Below are positions 40,311 through 54,929 of a stretch of DNA of 64,000 nt, piece after piece. A program made the translations under genes and the position numbers. Position 1 is the stretch's first letter. The number at the start of each line of letters is the position of its first letter. The notes under the pieces were generated by a model that made no database searches, was not told the DNA's origin, and saw nothing but the letters and a program-made list of their open reading frames with translations. Source of the stretch: Eledone cirrhosa (Eukaryota). Where the stretch lies: positions 81,034,001 to 81,098,000 of the forward strand of contig OZ024740.1 of assembly GCA_964016885.1 (NCBI GenBank), in the 5' to 3' direction.

Positions 40311-43300
40311 ATGAAATCGTGTGTCGAAACAAATATTGTTATATTTGGGGAGGGTCATATTTGTGTAATATTGCCAGAATTATTGTGTAATATTGCCAAC
40401 AACAACAACAATAATAACGGTAGTAGTAATATAAACAATAACTCTGAGTATAGAAATAACAGCCATAACAATAACAATAGCAGGAGAGTGAGAAATAGTA
40501 ATAATGGTAATAATACTAACGATAGACAGAACAACAACAACAACAACCACAATAATAATAATAATAGAAACATTAACCACAGACACAGCAGCAGCGACTA
40601 CAGTAGTAATAACGGTAACAATACGAACAACAATAACCACAGTGGTAATAATGGAAATAATACATGTAGCAACATTAATGATAGACAACAACAAAAACAA
40701 GAAACATAAGAAAAGTAACAACCACAATGGTAGAAATAACAGTAACAACAACAATAACGGTGAAGTAAACAACAATACATCTAGCAATCATAACAATAAT
40801 AATAATACTAATGATAGGAACAACAACAACCACCATGATAACAATAATAGCAACACACACAACTATGACGATAGATATAATGACAACCCCTTAGAGAAAC
40901 TATTTTTCAACCCAGCTGACAAAACATATAAGATGGGTAATATCTATCCTACGAGGTTACTCTTTAATAAAAGAGTTTTCATACCACAACAAATAGATGA
41001 CGATACAGAGGCACAGTTCACCATAGCTAGAAATAAGATTAGACAAATAGTAGACCGGTATATTAAGAGACAGAGCAGACCAGAGGCCCAACAACTTGGG
41101 AGGAAACCTGTAGAAGGCTTGGTTAGCCTCAAGCAGCGCACAAGGGATGGTGAGGTAGTATGTCTACCCACGGATAAGTCTGGTAGGATGTCAATAGATA
41201 GCATGCCGAACTACATCAAGGCTATGCAACCCCACATCACCAACACGAGCGAAATTGCACAGCAAACACATGATGGGAGAGAGAAAATCCTCAACGCTAA
41301 CATGATGATGTGGCCTGACATCCTAAAGCCAAGCAGACGCACTGCCAACAACTTCCAGGTGTCTAACAATGGCATACCACCCTTGTATGGGCTCCGCAAA
41401 GACCACAAGGCAGTCGACGACCCGACAGCAGGACCACCAACAAGACCCGTATGCGGAGCTAATCAAGCTAGCAACTACAGGATCTCCTACTTCCTCTCAA
41501 TGGATATACGCCCCATAATCAAGATGTCCCCAGATGTATGTGACAGTACAGAGGACCTCCTCAGCAGAATCAGTGAGTGCAACAAAAACAGGAACCTATC
41601 CAACTGCATAGTAGGCAGCATGTATGTGGTATCACTGTACCCATCCATTAACATTGATTTTGCTGTGGAAAAATGTGTGGAGATGATCATTGAGAGTGAG
41701 GTGGAGTTCTGCGACGTCGACACAGACGAACTGGGCCTCCTACTTAGACTTACCTACGAAACTGACTACCTAGACAGCCATGACCTTAGACGTTTCTGCC
41801 CTAGTAGACCCATAAGAGGTAGACCCCCCACCATAACCTCAATGGCAAAAAAAAACTCCCATGGTCGCACATGCAATAGGGGCTAGTATCAAAACTACCC
41901 TAAAGAGCCACATATTCAAGTTCAACGAGAAGATCTACACCCAAAATGAGGGAGCAGCCATTGGCGTCAGCATAGCTGGTGATGTTGCCAACCTTTTCAT
42001 GGTATGGTGGGAAAGGAGACTTAAAGATCTCCTTAATGAGATCTCCATAGACCTCATCGTGTACTCTCGTTATGTAGACGATATCAATATAGTTATAAGA
42101 ACATCCCCACTAGAAAGCACTAACAAGTTTGATTTAGAACGTAGCACGATGGAAAGCATCCAGCAGATATCTAATTCCATACACCAGAGTATAACTGTAA
42201 CTATCGACACCCCTTCCATACACCCTAACAATAGACTACCTCTATTAGACACAGAACTCTGGATTAACACTATAGACGAGAGAGCCCAAATTCTCCACTC
42301 ACACTATGCTAAACCCATGGCCTCCAAATACCTGATACTCAAAAACTCAGCAATGTCCAGTAGTGCTAAGTTTAATATTCTGATCGCAGATTTGGTACGA
42401 GTGATGAAGAATGTGTCCCGCATGTGCGACCCAACAGAAATGGAATGTCACATCCAACACTTCATCAACCGCATGCAGTTCTCTGACTACAACCAAAGAG
42501 ACAGAGTCAGAGTATATGAAGGAGCCATGGAGAAGTATAAGACCCTCATAGAACTGGACATGAAAGGAATTTGTCCATTATACAGGAGCAAATCATGGAA
42601 TAGCTTAGATAGGGCTAGACATAAGATAGGGAAAGCCACCTCATTGTACGACAACCAGAGATACCAGAGTGTCATGTTTGTGGACGCTACCCTGGAGGGA
42701 AATTAGCTAACCAGTGTAGAAAGGCCCTGAGAAAGACCCACTTAAAGATTAAGGTGGTAGAAAAGCCAGGAACCACCATAAAATTCCTGATCAGTAAAAC
42801 CTACCCTTTTAAAAAACCCACTGTACTAATAGGAAATGTATCATATGTAAGGTAAACCACCGGATAAACTGTGAAACTAGAAACGTAGTCTATAGCATAA
42901 GATGTACAGAGGGTACTTGCAGAAACATGACAACAACATACATAGGCGAGACAGCTCGTAGCATAGGTGAAAGGATAGACCAACACTTGAGGGAACTAAA
43001 AGGACGAAAAAACGGATCAGTACTATACGAACATGCCAGACAACAACACGACGGTAACATAGACAACATAGAAATTAGAATAATATGTAAACATAGAAAT
43101 GACCCAGCAGATAGGCAAATCAGAGAGGCCAGTGAAATAGAACTTAGAAGGCCAAGACTAAACAGAAAGAATGAATGGAATAACAACAACACCCAAACAA
43201 ACAACGCTGACCTAAGAGAAGTATAAATAAATAAATAAATAAATAAATAGATAAATAAATAAATAAATACATACACAAGCACAATAACAACAAACACATA

Positions 43301-43771
43301 TAAACACACACTAGTAAAGATAGAATACATTAACCGATACACAGTCACCCAATACACGAACACACATCAAACAAAACACTAAACACACACACAAACGCAT
43401 GCGCAAAGAAGACAAAATAAAATAAACAAACAAACAAATAAATATCATAAATATATAGACAGACTAAATAAAAATGGCGTAGACATACAATGTAACGGGA
43501 GGAAACAATAGCACCACTGACGATGTTGCAGATGTGCAACGAAAGAACTTTGATAAACTATATATATATGTGTTCGTGTCTATATTGTATCTGTATTATT
43601 TTTGACCGTCGGTCAGTCAATGGCAACATTGAGGACCGAATAAATTAGATTACCGATATAAAAGACACAGAAGCGAAAATCGAAAACCAAACAAACATTG
43701 AGTGTGTTCTGTTATTAATTCTGGCAATATTACACAAATATGACCCTCCCCAAGTATAACAACATGTTTGT
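40311..43771 (+). mobile_element. Near full-length Penelope-like element (RT + GIY-YIG, clade unassigned), frameshifted, with Asn-rich N-terminus
   Basis: PTDKSG, PPLYGLRKDHK, PTRPVCG, SLYPSI, YSRYVDD, LPLLDTELW, TYIGETARS and LNRKNEWN (stop 43226); 40330-40382 is an inverted copy of 43715-43771. Confidence 0.9.
43513..43554 (+). ncRNA. Minimal hammerhead motif in the PLE 3' region
   Basis: ACCA-CTGACGA-T-GTTGCA-gatg-TGCAAC-GAAA-GAAC-TT-TGAT; stems I and III are marginal. Confidence 0.55.
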
Positions 43772-43962
43772 ATAGATTAGAGTAAACATCACGGGCGCTC
43801 TATCTCAACATTATTTTTGAAAAGCATTAGAAATGCGCAACCGGTAAAAACTTAAAACTAAAACTGAATACTAACCAATACTTATTACTAATTTTTATTT
43901 ATTCCTAATTAAACTATTTTTCACTGGGAACAATATGTCAGCATTTTCTTTTCCTTTTACTA

Positions 43963-44036
<74 letters not shown>

Positions 44037-44234
44037 AAAATACATAAATATTATATATACATAAACATAAAAAGGTAAAAGAGGTAAACAAATAGTTTGG
44101 AATACGGCAAATAATAAATAAATAAATAAATAGATAAGGGTATACATGTTTATAGCTGATTTAGAGCACTCAACAAGTTCCTGGAGCAAATAAACAATGA
44201 AAATAAGCATTAAATCGCTTTGTATGTAATTATG

Positions 44235-44283
<49 letters not shown>

Positions 44284-44478
44284 ACACACACACACACACG
44301 CTCGCGCGCACACACACAACCATACAAATACACACATATATACATACATATACATACATATACATATATATATATATACATATAGGAAAAAGTATGAACC
44401 GACGGCAGAGCTCAAGCCGTTTCTGAGGCTATTATATATATACACACACAAACATATATATAAAAATACACATACACA

Positions 44479-44510
<32 letters not shown>

Positions 44511-44559
44511 TCTACAAAAGGTTACGTCACCACCTTAATAAATATACACACACACATAT

Positions 44560-44637
<78 letters not shown>

Positions 44638-44638
44638 G

Positions 44639-44695
<57 letters not shown>

Positions 44696-45046
44696 TTATG
44701 TATACTATGTGTGGTTATGCAAATACAAAAACCTTTTGTAGTTATATATATTTTCACAAACCCTATTACACGTAAATCTCTGCCACACTATATAAACAAG
44801 ACGCACGTGCTTGCCACACGTATAACTATTGCACTCAATAACCGCTTATGACTATCGTATCACATTAATTTCATGTTGTATTTTGACCTGTATTTTTGAT
44901 TTTATCTTTTAATATGAATGTAATCTCTAAATGTGTACTGCCACACTAAATGCTGTAATGGATGTTGACCCACAATATTTGCATATGTATCTGTATGTCT
45001 CTTGGGTTGAAAAGGAGGTCATATAAGTGTTCATTTAATAATAAAT

Positions 45047-45093
45047 TGCTCCGAAGAATCCAAACCTCGGTTTGGAGGAAACAGTTGTAAGCA
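45047..45093 (+). ncRNA. Hammerhead variant (CCGAAGA core) in the pLTR; second copy 49432-49478
   Basis: TGCT-CCGAAGA-A-TCCAAAC-ctcg-GTTTGGA-G-GAAA-CAGTT-GTA-AGCA; the CCG core is present in both pLTRs. Confidence 0.7.
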
Positions 45094-45368
45094 TAAACAT
45101 GTTTTGAACAGTTCTTTGATTCTTATAATTCATATAACTGCTCTGTAAATCATCTGATGTTATTACATTGAGCTATTTAACTTACTGGTAATATGGTAGT
45201 AATATATTACTGCCTATCACTATTTAGGGTTTGTAAAAATATATATAACTACAAAAGGTTTTTGTATTTGCATAACCATAAATAGTATACTTAATACTAT
45301 TAACTGCTCCATACTGTTGAGATGACATACAATAAATTACCAATAAGCTAATCAAAGACCAACTCCCT

Positions 45369-47803
45369 ATGTCAACCAAGAACATACCAATACCATCCAA
45401 GAATACATATGAGAAATTGTTGATCAACAGTGTAAATTCCTTTATCAATAGAGTGAGATGGAGGACATTCCATTATGATAGAAACAAATCTAACAATGTT
45501 AATAATACTAACAAATTTGACTCCTTCGGCTTTAAAACCTTTAAAAGCCCCCCTCATAACACACTACTTAACTCCTTTGAAAATGACCTAGTAAAACTAG
45601 TTAAGAACATTAAATACAGTAAGCACGGTAATAGAAACAACACCTTCTTAAACAAACTTAACACCTCTATTAATGAATTCAAAACTAGTAATAAAATTAT
45701 TGCACACGCGGATGAAACTAATAACATATACAGTCTGGATTATAATACTTATAGAAAGTTTATATATAATGAACTACATAAAAGCTACAAGAAAACTACT
45801 ATGAAAAACTTAGAAGATATTAATATAGATGGATATAATATAGTGTCTAAACTAGGACTTCAGAGGCATACACAACCATACACCCCAAACCACCCTAGAT
45901 TCTCTCTGAAGGACCAAAAGGAGGACTTCATTAGCAACCCTCGATTAGACTTATCTGCCCTTCCAAGTCCGACATTGGCATTATCAGCAAGAAAAGTTTA
46001 GATAAAATCATCCCACAAATTAAACACAAGATACACCTAAACAATGGGGAAATACGGGTGAAGTTTTGAATGGTTCAAAGATATCAAGAATAACAAGGAC
46101 AAAAAATTTATTCAATTTGATATCAATTCATACTACACCTCTATTTCCCCTATCCTAGTAAATAAGGCACTAATCATGGCCATGAACAATAGCGACCTGA
46201 CTAGAACCCAGATTGATGTCATCCTTGCGGCCCGTAAAACCGTAATCACCTTTGAGGACCAATTATGGACCCGCAAGGATACGCACAACAACTTCGACAT
46301 AACCATGGGGTCTAGTGACTCGGCGCAGGTCGCTGATTTGGTCGGCCTATACTTACTTAATGAAATCCATTAGGACCTCCCATACCTCAACGGTGGTTTG
46401 TACCGCGATGATGCACTTCTACTTATAGAATATAAAAAATCCAATATAGAAAGAACTAGAAAACTATTGCACGAGACATTCAAAAACTATAACCTTAGTA
46501 TCACCATGGACAAAAACACTAAAAACGTTAACTTCCTAGACGCCACACTATATCTAGACTCAAAGATATATACACCTTTCCATAAGCCTAACGAAAAACT
46601 CATTTACGTGGATACCAAGTCTAATCACCCTAGATCAATATTAAACTCTATCTATAAGTGGGTATCCAATAGAATCTCTAATCTATCCTATGACGCAAAC
46701 ATATTTAGCAAAAACTCGCAATATTATAATCAAGCATTAGCTAGATCCGGCCATAATATAGAGATTGAGTTCCTACCTACGAAAACACATAGCTACAACA
46801 TCATCTCGCACAATATGTCCATGAGGAAACCTAGTAATATGAATAGCAACCACACGCACACTAAAGCAGAGGGTGCCATCAAAAGTAACCATTACCACAG
46901 AAACTACCGTAGTACCTCAGGAGGAAACAACACACCAGACACTAAAAACAAAAATAGAAGAAGAAATAATACATTTTTCAACCCTCCTTTGAACCTAAAC
47001 GTCTTCACCAACATACCTAAGGCTTCCTTCTCACTACTAGATAACAAGTTCCCTCTAGGACACAAGTACCATAACCTTTTAAACAAAAAAACTATTAAAA
47101 TCTCATACTCTACGACGCCTATCATAGCATACCACACAGCTAGTAGCAATAAAAGAAAAATTAATTCTTACTTCCAACAAACGAAATCGCAACAAGGGGT
47201 AAATCTTCGAAATACCTCTGTAGCAAGCAACCCTAATAACGGCAGTAATAATAGAAATAGCACTAGTATAATCAATAACACAGGGGACGACAACCCGCAT
47301 ATCCAAAATCCTATAGCTACCACCTGGACTTCTGCACAGCATTATAACCAGCAGACTAACACCCAGAATAATTGTAACTGTAGAGCAAATAGAACCTGCC
47401 CTTTAGATTAAAAAAATGCCTAATCAAGGATATCATATACTCATGCACCGTCACAACTAGCAACTCTTCAGAAACCTGTTTAGGCTCCACTTCTAACTGC
47501 TTCAAAACCAGGTATAATTCGCACAACCACTCGTTCAAAAAGCACAGTCTAGCCAGCTCCACCTCACTATCTAGCTACATACACTATCTAAAAACTAAAA
47601 TTAAACCTTACACACTCAAATGGGAAGTGCTACGTAGCGTGACTTCGTACAAACCACCTAATAAATTTTGTAACCTCTGTATACTAGATACCCACACTAT
47701 TATCTTCTCTAACCGTAACCTACTTAACAAAAAATCTGAAGTGTTCGCAACTTGCCAGCACCGCTTCAAATATTCCTTCCAAAACTTTAAGCCCAATATA
47801 TAG
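45369..47803 (+). pseudogene. Naiad-like PLE RT + GIY-YIG ORF, disrupted
   Basis: STKNIPIPS..RVRWR, IQFDINSYYTSIS, ITMGSSDSAQVADLVGLYLL, YRDD, VNFLD, SNHP, CNCR..CPL, FKTRYNSH and CNLC motifs. Confidence 0.9.
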
Positions 47804-48850
47804 CAATGTCGGACTTGACCCAGACACCACCTCTAGCATCAAACACCGAGGCACACCTTATACCTTATACCACATCCCGGCACTCATTCATCCAATATAA
47901 CACTAATCGGGACACCTCTCTAGTACCCTTCAGAGTAGGAATACCCCTTTGTACTTCTACTTTAGGTGTGACTACATCCAGTTGCTTGAACTGCACTACA
48001 CCACTTTATAGTTAATGTAAAATTTAAGCATTGAATTGATTGTATTGTGGGTTAAATAGAAGACTAATTAATCTAGTAACGTTGATGAGCTGTATGACTG
48101 GTATGCTGAGTGCAGTGAATGTATTGCAAGTGGCGTATGAGTTGTACATATATGTATGAATTGATGGTCAGATTAGTGACATGAGGAGTGTGGATCGACC
48201 TCTGGTCTACCCTAGTGATGGTTATCTTTCGACATCCAATATAGCATGCACTGACCCGGAACTTACCAGGGATCATTAAATGTTGAAGTGATTCTATAAT
48301 CACCCTGCCAGGTTCTATGAGTAAACTACAATCACAATGAACATTGATTTAGAAATCTCGCTCGTCGTGTAAAATATTCAATTGTGGCACTCTATAATGG
48401 AGAATAATCACCATAATAGGAACACCTTCAATACAGCTTAATAGACTACATTATAGTTAAGACACTTTAATTTTTTAGAAACTGCGTATAACCATATAAG
48501 TTAGGGACTATTTTGAGACACAATATAATAGTTAGTAATAGAAACCACTGAGTTACCTCCCCTCATGCATTAACTCCCCTTAGCCACACACACACTTCCG
48601 GGAAATATTTCGATGTCGATTCTCGCAACGTAACAACCTGCTGTATTGAGCTCAAGACCATCAGACTACGATTCTCTAACAGGATTGTCAAACGCCCAAT
48701 ATCGAATCGTCGTGGATTATGTGAGGGGCATATAATCTGAAATAATGCGCTCCCCGGACTATGAAAATGTCGCAGTGCATAACATCCATATCATCGCTTC
48801 GCTACGCATTTCCAATATCTTTAATGCTTATATTATTTTTAATGCTTATA

Positions 48851-49040
48851 AGGGCGGTAGATTGGTAGTATCGGTAGAGGGTCGGACGCCATGCTTTCTA
48901 GCATAGTTACGTCCCTTTACGATCTGAGTTCAAATCCCGCCGAGGTTGACTTTGCCTTTCATCCTTACGGGGTCGATAAAATAAAGTACCAGTGAGGCAC
49001 TGGGTAGTTGCTGGCCTTGTGCCTAAAGTAGAAACAATTA
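48851..49040 (+). mobile_element. Full-length tRNA-derived SINE inserted in the Naiad-like element
   Basis: A-box-like tggtagtatcggtagag; B-box GAGTTCAAATCC; TSD attatttttaatgcttata at 48832-48850 and 49037-49055. Confidence 0.9.
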
Positions 49041-49539
49041 TTTTTAATGCTTATATTATTTCTCCACGCACAGGCTATAACAATCATATAAAGAATTCAT
49101 TACCAGATCAGCCCCCTTAACACTCTTGATCACCTGCTTAAGTGCTTCTATTACACGTAAATCTTTGCCACACTATATAAACAAGACGCACGTGCTTGCC
49201 ACACGTATAACTATTGCACTCAATAACCGCTTATGACTATCGTATCACATTAATTTCATGTTGTATTTTGACCTGTATTTTTGATTTTATCTTTTAATAT
49301 GAATGTAATCTCTAAATGTGTACTGCCACAGTAAATGCTGTAATGGATGTTGACCCACAATATTTGCATATGTATCTATATATCTCTTGGGTTGAAAAGG
49401 AGGTCATTTAAGTTTCCATTCAATAATAAATTGCTCCGAAGAAACCAAACCTCGGTTTGGAGGAAACAGTTGTAAGCATAAACATGTTTTGAACAGTTCT
49501 TTGATTCTTATAATTCATATATATATATATATATATATT

Positions 49540-51555
49540 TATAAAAATAACAGATTAAAGTTTAAGCAAAGAATTGCTGCTTTCACCCTTAACGGGTTCT
49601 TCTGAAACTAACAAAGTCAATCTGAGAACGCAGAAGTGAATATTTCAAAAAACGTTGCAACCGGAGGAAGAGAGGAAGACGATACTTTTGTTCGTGGAAA
49701 CGTTCCCTGGCGAAGAACGGGGAATAAACGAATATAATACCTCATTATTTGGAGCGGTGTAAAACAATTACACGCAAAGACAAAACCGCGTTTATGGTAT
49801 AAAAGAAGTCATAGACTAAAGAAATCGTAGACTAATATTCTCATAGGTGGTTCATAGAGACGTTCTCTGGCAATGAACGAAAAAAACGAAGAAAATGCGT
49901 GCAGCGTGGAGAACAATTGCACGCAAAGACAAAACTACGTAAATGGTATAACTGAAGTCGTAGACTAAAATTCTAACTAGGAAACCGAATGATTCTCGGC
50001 TTCAGAGTTAAGAATAAAGTAAATAAAATACAGAGCTAATTGAAATTAAATAAATACATACACGCATCCATATACGTACATACACAAGTATACACGAAAA
50101 CACTTCCCATAGGTATACAAATACACGCGCATATAAATATGTGTGTGTGTGCGTGTATACAAATAATTAAATAAACGTATATAAATAAATAAATACGTAT
50201 ATAACAAGCGCACACACATACCTACATGTAAATACACATAAGTTCGGAGACGTACGTCAACCAAAACACGAAGTACACTTATACACACACCCTACACACG
50301 TACGAACCCGCATACTCACCCAGACGCAAAACTCACGTATACACATAACCAAAAGCATATGTACCAGAATATATAAAATATACGCCATAACATATACAAT
50401 CAAATATACGTACGAGAAAGTATACGTACCTTCACAAAACATACAGGTAATATATTCTTACCTACGCAAATAAGTAATGGTCAAATCATAACATATACTT
50501 AGCTACCACATCACGACGTAAAATATTCGCGTATAGATCGTACTATCCGTTAGAGTATAATGGGGGGCTTTAATACAGGAAAGTTTTGTGCAATTTATGT
50601 TTACAAGCTGAAGTTGCCTCAGATTTTTTGTTTAAGATGTGGTTAGTGGCGTAGAGTATTTCCAGGGCCTCAGCGGCGCAGAGGTCACAAGTTCTTTTAT
50701 TTCCGTTATACGATCTATCCCTAGCTAGGATCTCCCAGTGTAACTTATATTGGGTGTGGTTGTCTTTTAGACTCCAGATATAAGCTGAAAGTGACGTAAT
50801 ATTTCTTCTTAGAGTGTAACAAAAAGAATGGGTATGCATGTAAAGACGCTGCTTGAATCTATTCGCGGTTAACCCTATGTAGGCCCTACGGGACGTGGGT
50901 GTTTCAACCTTACATTTGTAGAAAATGTTACTAGAGAGGCATTTCCCGGATAGGGACAATCAACCCGATTCCTACAATTACAGTTAGTACTAACTACAGG
51001 GTTGCTTGTGTTCCTATGGCTAGGTAGTTTAGCGAAATTTGAAGCTGTGGTGTTATGTTCAAAGTTAGGAGTCGTAGAGTAAGACATTTTAATAGTTTTT
51101 CTATTAAGAATTTTACTATATTTATGTGTAGGGGGAAAATGCTTCGTAATAAGGGATAGAAAGATCATAACTAATGCTGTGGCCACCTCCATATTATATG
51201 GTGGGTTATACCATATAATGCGTCGGGATCTATTTCTTCTAGGTCTATTCTCGTACTATCTATATGCTACCTTATCGACAAATCCACTCCGAGCAAAAGC
51301 TTCATTGTAATATGTGGAATGGTCGTTGAAAATATGCTCGTTAGTAGATAGACGGGAAAGCCTCAAAGAAACGTTTCTTACCAGGTTCTTGGTTATGCTG
51401 GCAGGATGGTTAGAATGCTTACTTATGTAATTAAGCGTATCATTCGGCTTTCTATACGGGTAATACAGGCCATTCGATAAATTGAGGGTAACGTCGAGGT
51501 AATTAACGGCCGAGAGGTTGGCCTCAACCTGTATAGAGAGGTTAGATGTGACAAA
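49540..51555 (-). mobile_element. 5'-truncated Naiad-like PLE (RT thumb, linker, GIY-YIG, 3' region)
   Basis: VNYLDVTLNL..YRKPND..SNHP, KMSYS, CNCRNRVDCP, AYIGLTANRFKQR and CDLC; ORF stop at 50570. Confidence 0.9.
49560..49608 (-). ncRNA. Hammerhead variant (CAGAAGA core) at the PLE terminus
   Basis: GTTT-CAGAAGA-ACCC-gttaa-GGGT-GAAA-GCA...TGC-TT-AAAC; all three stems pair. Confidence 0.6.
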
Positions 51556-52007
51556 AGACGTTAGAATCGTAAGTGCTTCATAATTTTGAATGTCAATATA
51601 TACATTGTCCAAAAAAACATGTGCCTGTTATTTATAGCCAATGACTTTAAACCTCATCCACTGATCAAACCCTGTGTCACGAGAGATGAATATTTCAATA
51701 AGGGTATAAACAACAAGTATAAAATCAAAATATAGTTGCTATTGTCCGATCAATGCCCTCTATTATGAATCTAGTAGTCTCCAAAGAATATATCACCATC
51801 AGAGAAATAGGAATCAAGTTATAGAGATTACGATGAGCTTTGATAACTGTCCAAACAATTGTTATTCGATCAAACCTCTGATATATGGATTGTGAATAGA
51901 TTATCTTGTCGAAAGGATGAAAGGTAATCTAAAAGCCGATGTATGATTCTATTCTGAGAGGAATCTTCAATAAAATTCAATGATGAAAATTAATATTTCC
52001 TGAGATA

Positions 52008-52180
<173 letters not shown>

Positions 52181-52208
52181 CACACACGCACACATACACA
52201 CACACATG

Positions 52209-52242
<34 letters not shown>

Positions 52243-54409
52243 GGTTTAATGCTGAAATAATAGGCACTGAAAATCATCTTCGCAAGGTTACCAAGGGCAG
52301 TATGATCGTTGGTTTTAACGTTGTTCCACAACGATTGAAAATCGATAGCTACAAAACTAAAACGAATAATAAAATATATAGGGCGATATACCCAGTACTC
52401 TGATGTTCTAGTTATAAAACATTGACGTAGAGGTAAGTGGAGGGTGTCAAGCCGAAAGACAAGCTGACAAGAAGAGGAAAAATACGAGTGATGAACATTT
52501 CCGTTGACCCCAATGCAAAATGAACTAAACACAGAGGTACGAAAATAAATATTTTAGAATAGTTCATAAAGTAAGTTCCGCGCAGAATACAGGATACCTA
52601 ATGCATTTAGGAATTTCTAATGAGGGTTTCCCATCAATGGTTTATGAAAGTTGAGAATGGAACTCTAAAATATATGATATTTTATAAATATATTGGGGAA
52701 AATAATATTCAATTGGTTCCGGTGAGTAAACTATATAATTGTTGGCCTTTAACCGGATACGCTACTCTTTAACAATATCGTTCTTTATTTCAGGAAATGA
52801 TTTCAATCTTTAAAACAATTCCAAACTTTATATAACAACGAAGTTTACTTTAAACGTTAACAAAACTTATTTTAACCCGGGTTGGGTATGAACTACAAAT
52901 CTGGATGAAACATAATATGAATTTAGAACGTAGTGTGAAACAAATTTAATATTAAATAGCTCGTGGTTCAGTGAAATATCGTATCCACCGTATCCTATAA
53001 CATATAGGGTTGTAAAAAATAATTGCAAAGCAGGAAGAGAATCCAATTTATGATACAACTATAATAAAGATCAATATACCATCGATGCGTTTGAAAACCT
53101 AAGCATAATTTAGCTATTCTGAATGTTGAATTAATTCCAACAGAGATTAAGCTACTAAGAATGGAAGGTTAAATCTACGTATGGTTGTTGTTATGACGGT
53201 GTTTAGACTACAATTATAGTATTTTCATACTTCTTAAATCGATAAACCAGTCACTGAGAGTGTTTTGTAGTATGTCATCAATTTCATTCCAATTAGATGC
53301 GATACTTATCAATACTTCCTTGTCAAATTCAACGAAACGTGAACGTTTGGGTCAAGGGAGTTATTCATGCACAAGTGTAGATGATTCTAAAGCCTGACCT
53401 ATTTCGAATTTATATTGAGTATTGGTTTAAAACTTCTATAGTTCGAAAATAAAACACTCTGGTGATTAGTGTTGCACAAAGGTTTTGTTTTCCAATTTGG
53501 TACTTTTCTTGTTTACAGACCATTAAAACAATATCGACGAGACAGTATGAACCACGAATAATTTTTTCCAGCTATTCATTTGCTCAAGTAATAACATTAA
53601 TTTTAATAGAAACTATCAGGCTGTAACTATATTCTGTCAGATGTGGACTTTTAATACCACAATTCTATTTTGTTTGTCTCTTGTCAGAATACAACGTTTC
53701 TCCACACAGAAAAGTAAGTGAGAAAAATTGTATAAAATGACAGATGACAGACAATAAATATAAAGCATCTCCGTATTTATTCTAATTTCAGCTGCCCTCT
53801 GACCTTACCAGACGCCTGGCATCAACTATTTTCCCTATTTATACCTTGCCCCATTCCACTCTCTACCATTTTGTATATAATACTGCCTCTCTGTATTTAT
53901 GATGTATCATATATTATATTATGGTATGTTATGTTATACCATATTATTTTTTATTATGAAACAATATATTATAGTTTACACACCGCGTCGTAGGCTATGT
54001 AATGGAGGTCATCTATGCCACGGGGGTAGCAATTATTATAGATGATATTAGGAATAATCGCAAAGTTTAGACTCACATAGACGATGATTTTGTTTCCTAC
54101 GTGGCATCTATTTACCACTTTTACCAAACCAGCGTCAGCTGCAATAATCTTACAATTATTTGGTTTTAATAGTTTAAAATAAAACGATTACGTTTTCGAT
54201 CTCAGCTTCTTTCCTTCAAATTCCTTTGATATACGACGTTGCTCCTTTCTGCAGAGTGCAATCGATTGCTGTATTATAACGACCGAAGATCAATGTCGGT
54301 TAAGTAGCAAATGTTAAATCTAACAGTAAACCCACGAGATCCAGACCCCACTTGTAATAGTGTCCACAGCCATACGTGTTGTTCAAATATTTGTGAGTTC
54401 ATTATATTT

Positions 54410-54594
54410 TTGGATTGGCAGTATCGGTAGAGGGTCGGACGCCATGCTTTCTAGCATAGTTACGTCCCTTTACAGTCTGAGTTCAAATCCCGCCGAGGTT
54501 AACTTTGCCTTTCATTCTTACGGGGTCGATAAAATAAAGTACCAGTAATGTTCTGGTTAATTGCTGGCCTTGTGCCTAAAGTAGAAACAATTAT
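54410..54594 (+). mobile_element. tRNA-derived SINE
   Basis: Collinear with 48851-49040. Confidence 0.9.
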
Positions 54595-54929
54595 ATTTTA
54601 AAATCATTTTTTCACGTAACTTCTTTATACTGCCTTCACAATGCAACCCTTAAAACCATAAACAAAATATGTTTCTGACGTATACTGAAATATACAGACT
54701 GTTACATATTTATTGCAACATCGCAAGTGATCACACAATCTTCTTTTAGGAATAACTCCATATTCTATTCATTAACACTATACAAATGCCTGGGTCTTGA
54801 CCTCCCTATACGAAACATTGCTTTTCCACGTTTTCCTTTTGGAAAATTGAATGTAACTTTCTTTAATATTTCTCACTGCACCTCAGACGAAATATATTGT
54901 GGTATTTATTATCAACTATTATTATATGT

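Larger units (their letters stand above)
44690..49521 (+). mobile_element. Full-length Naiad-like Penelope element: direct pLTRs (44763-45136, 49148-49521), inverted 5' extension (44690-44764 vs 45226-45301), (TA)n flanks
   Basis: 374-bp direct repeats 4385 bp apart enclosing a disrupted RT + GIY-YIG ORF. Confidence 0.92.

Noticed and set aside
48851-48945. tRNA gene (A and B boxes)
   Set aside because: No cloverleaf; it is the head of a multi-copy SINE with a TSD
51661-51722. CTGATCA-AACCCT...AGGGT-ATAAAC...GTA
   Set aside because: Both core segments are mutated; cannot be called a ribozyme
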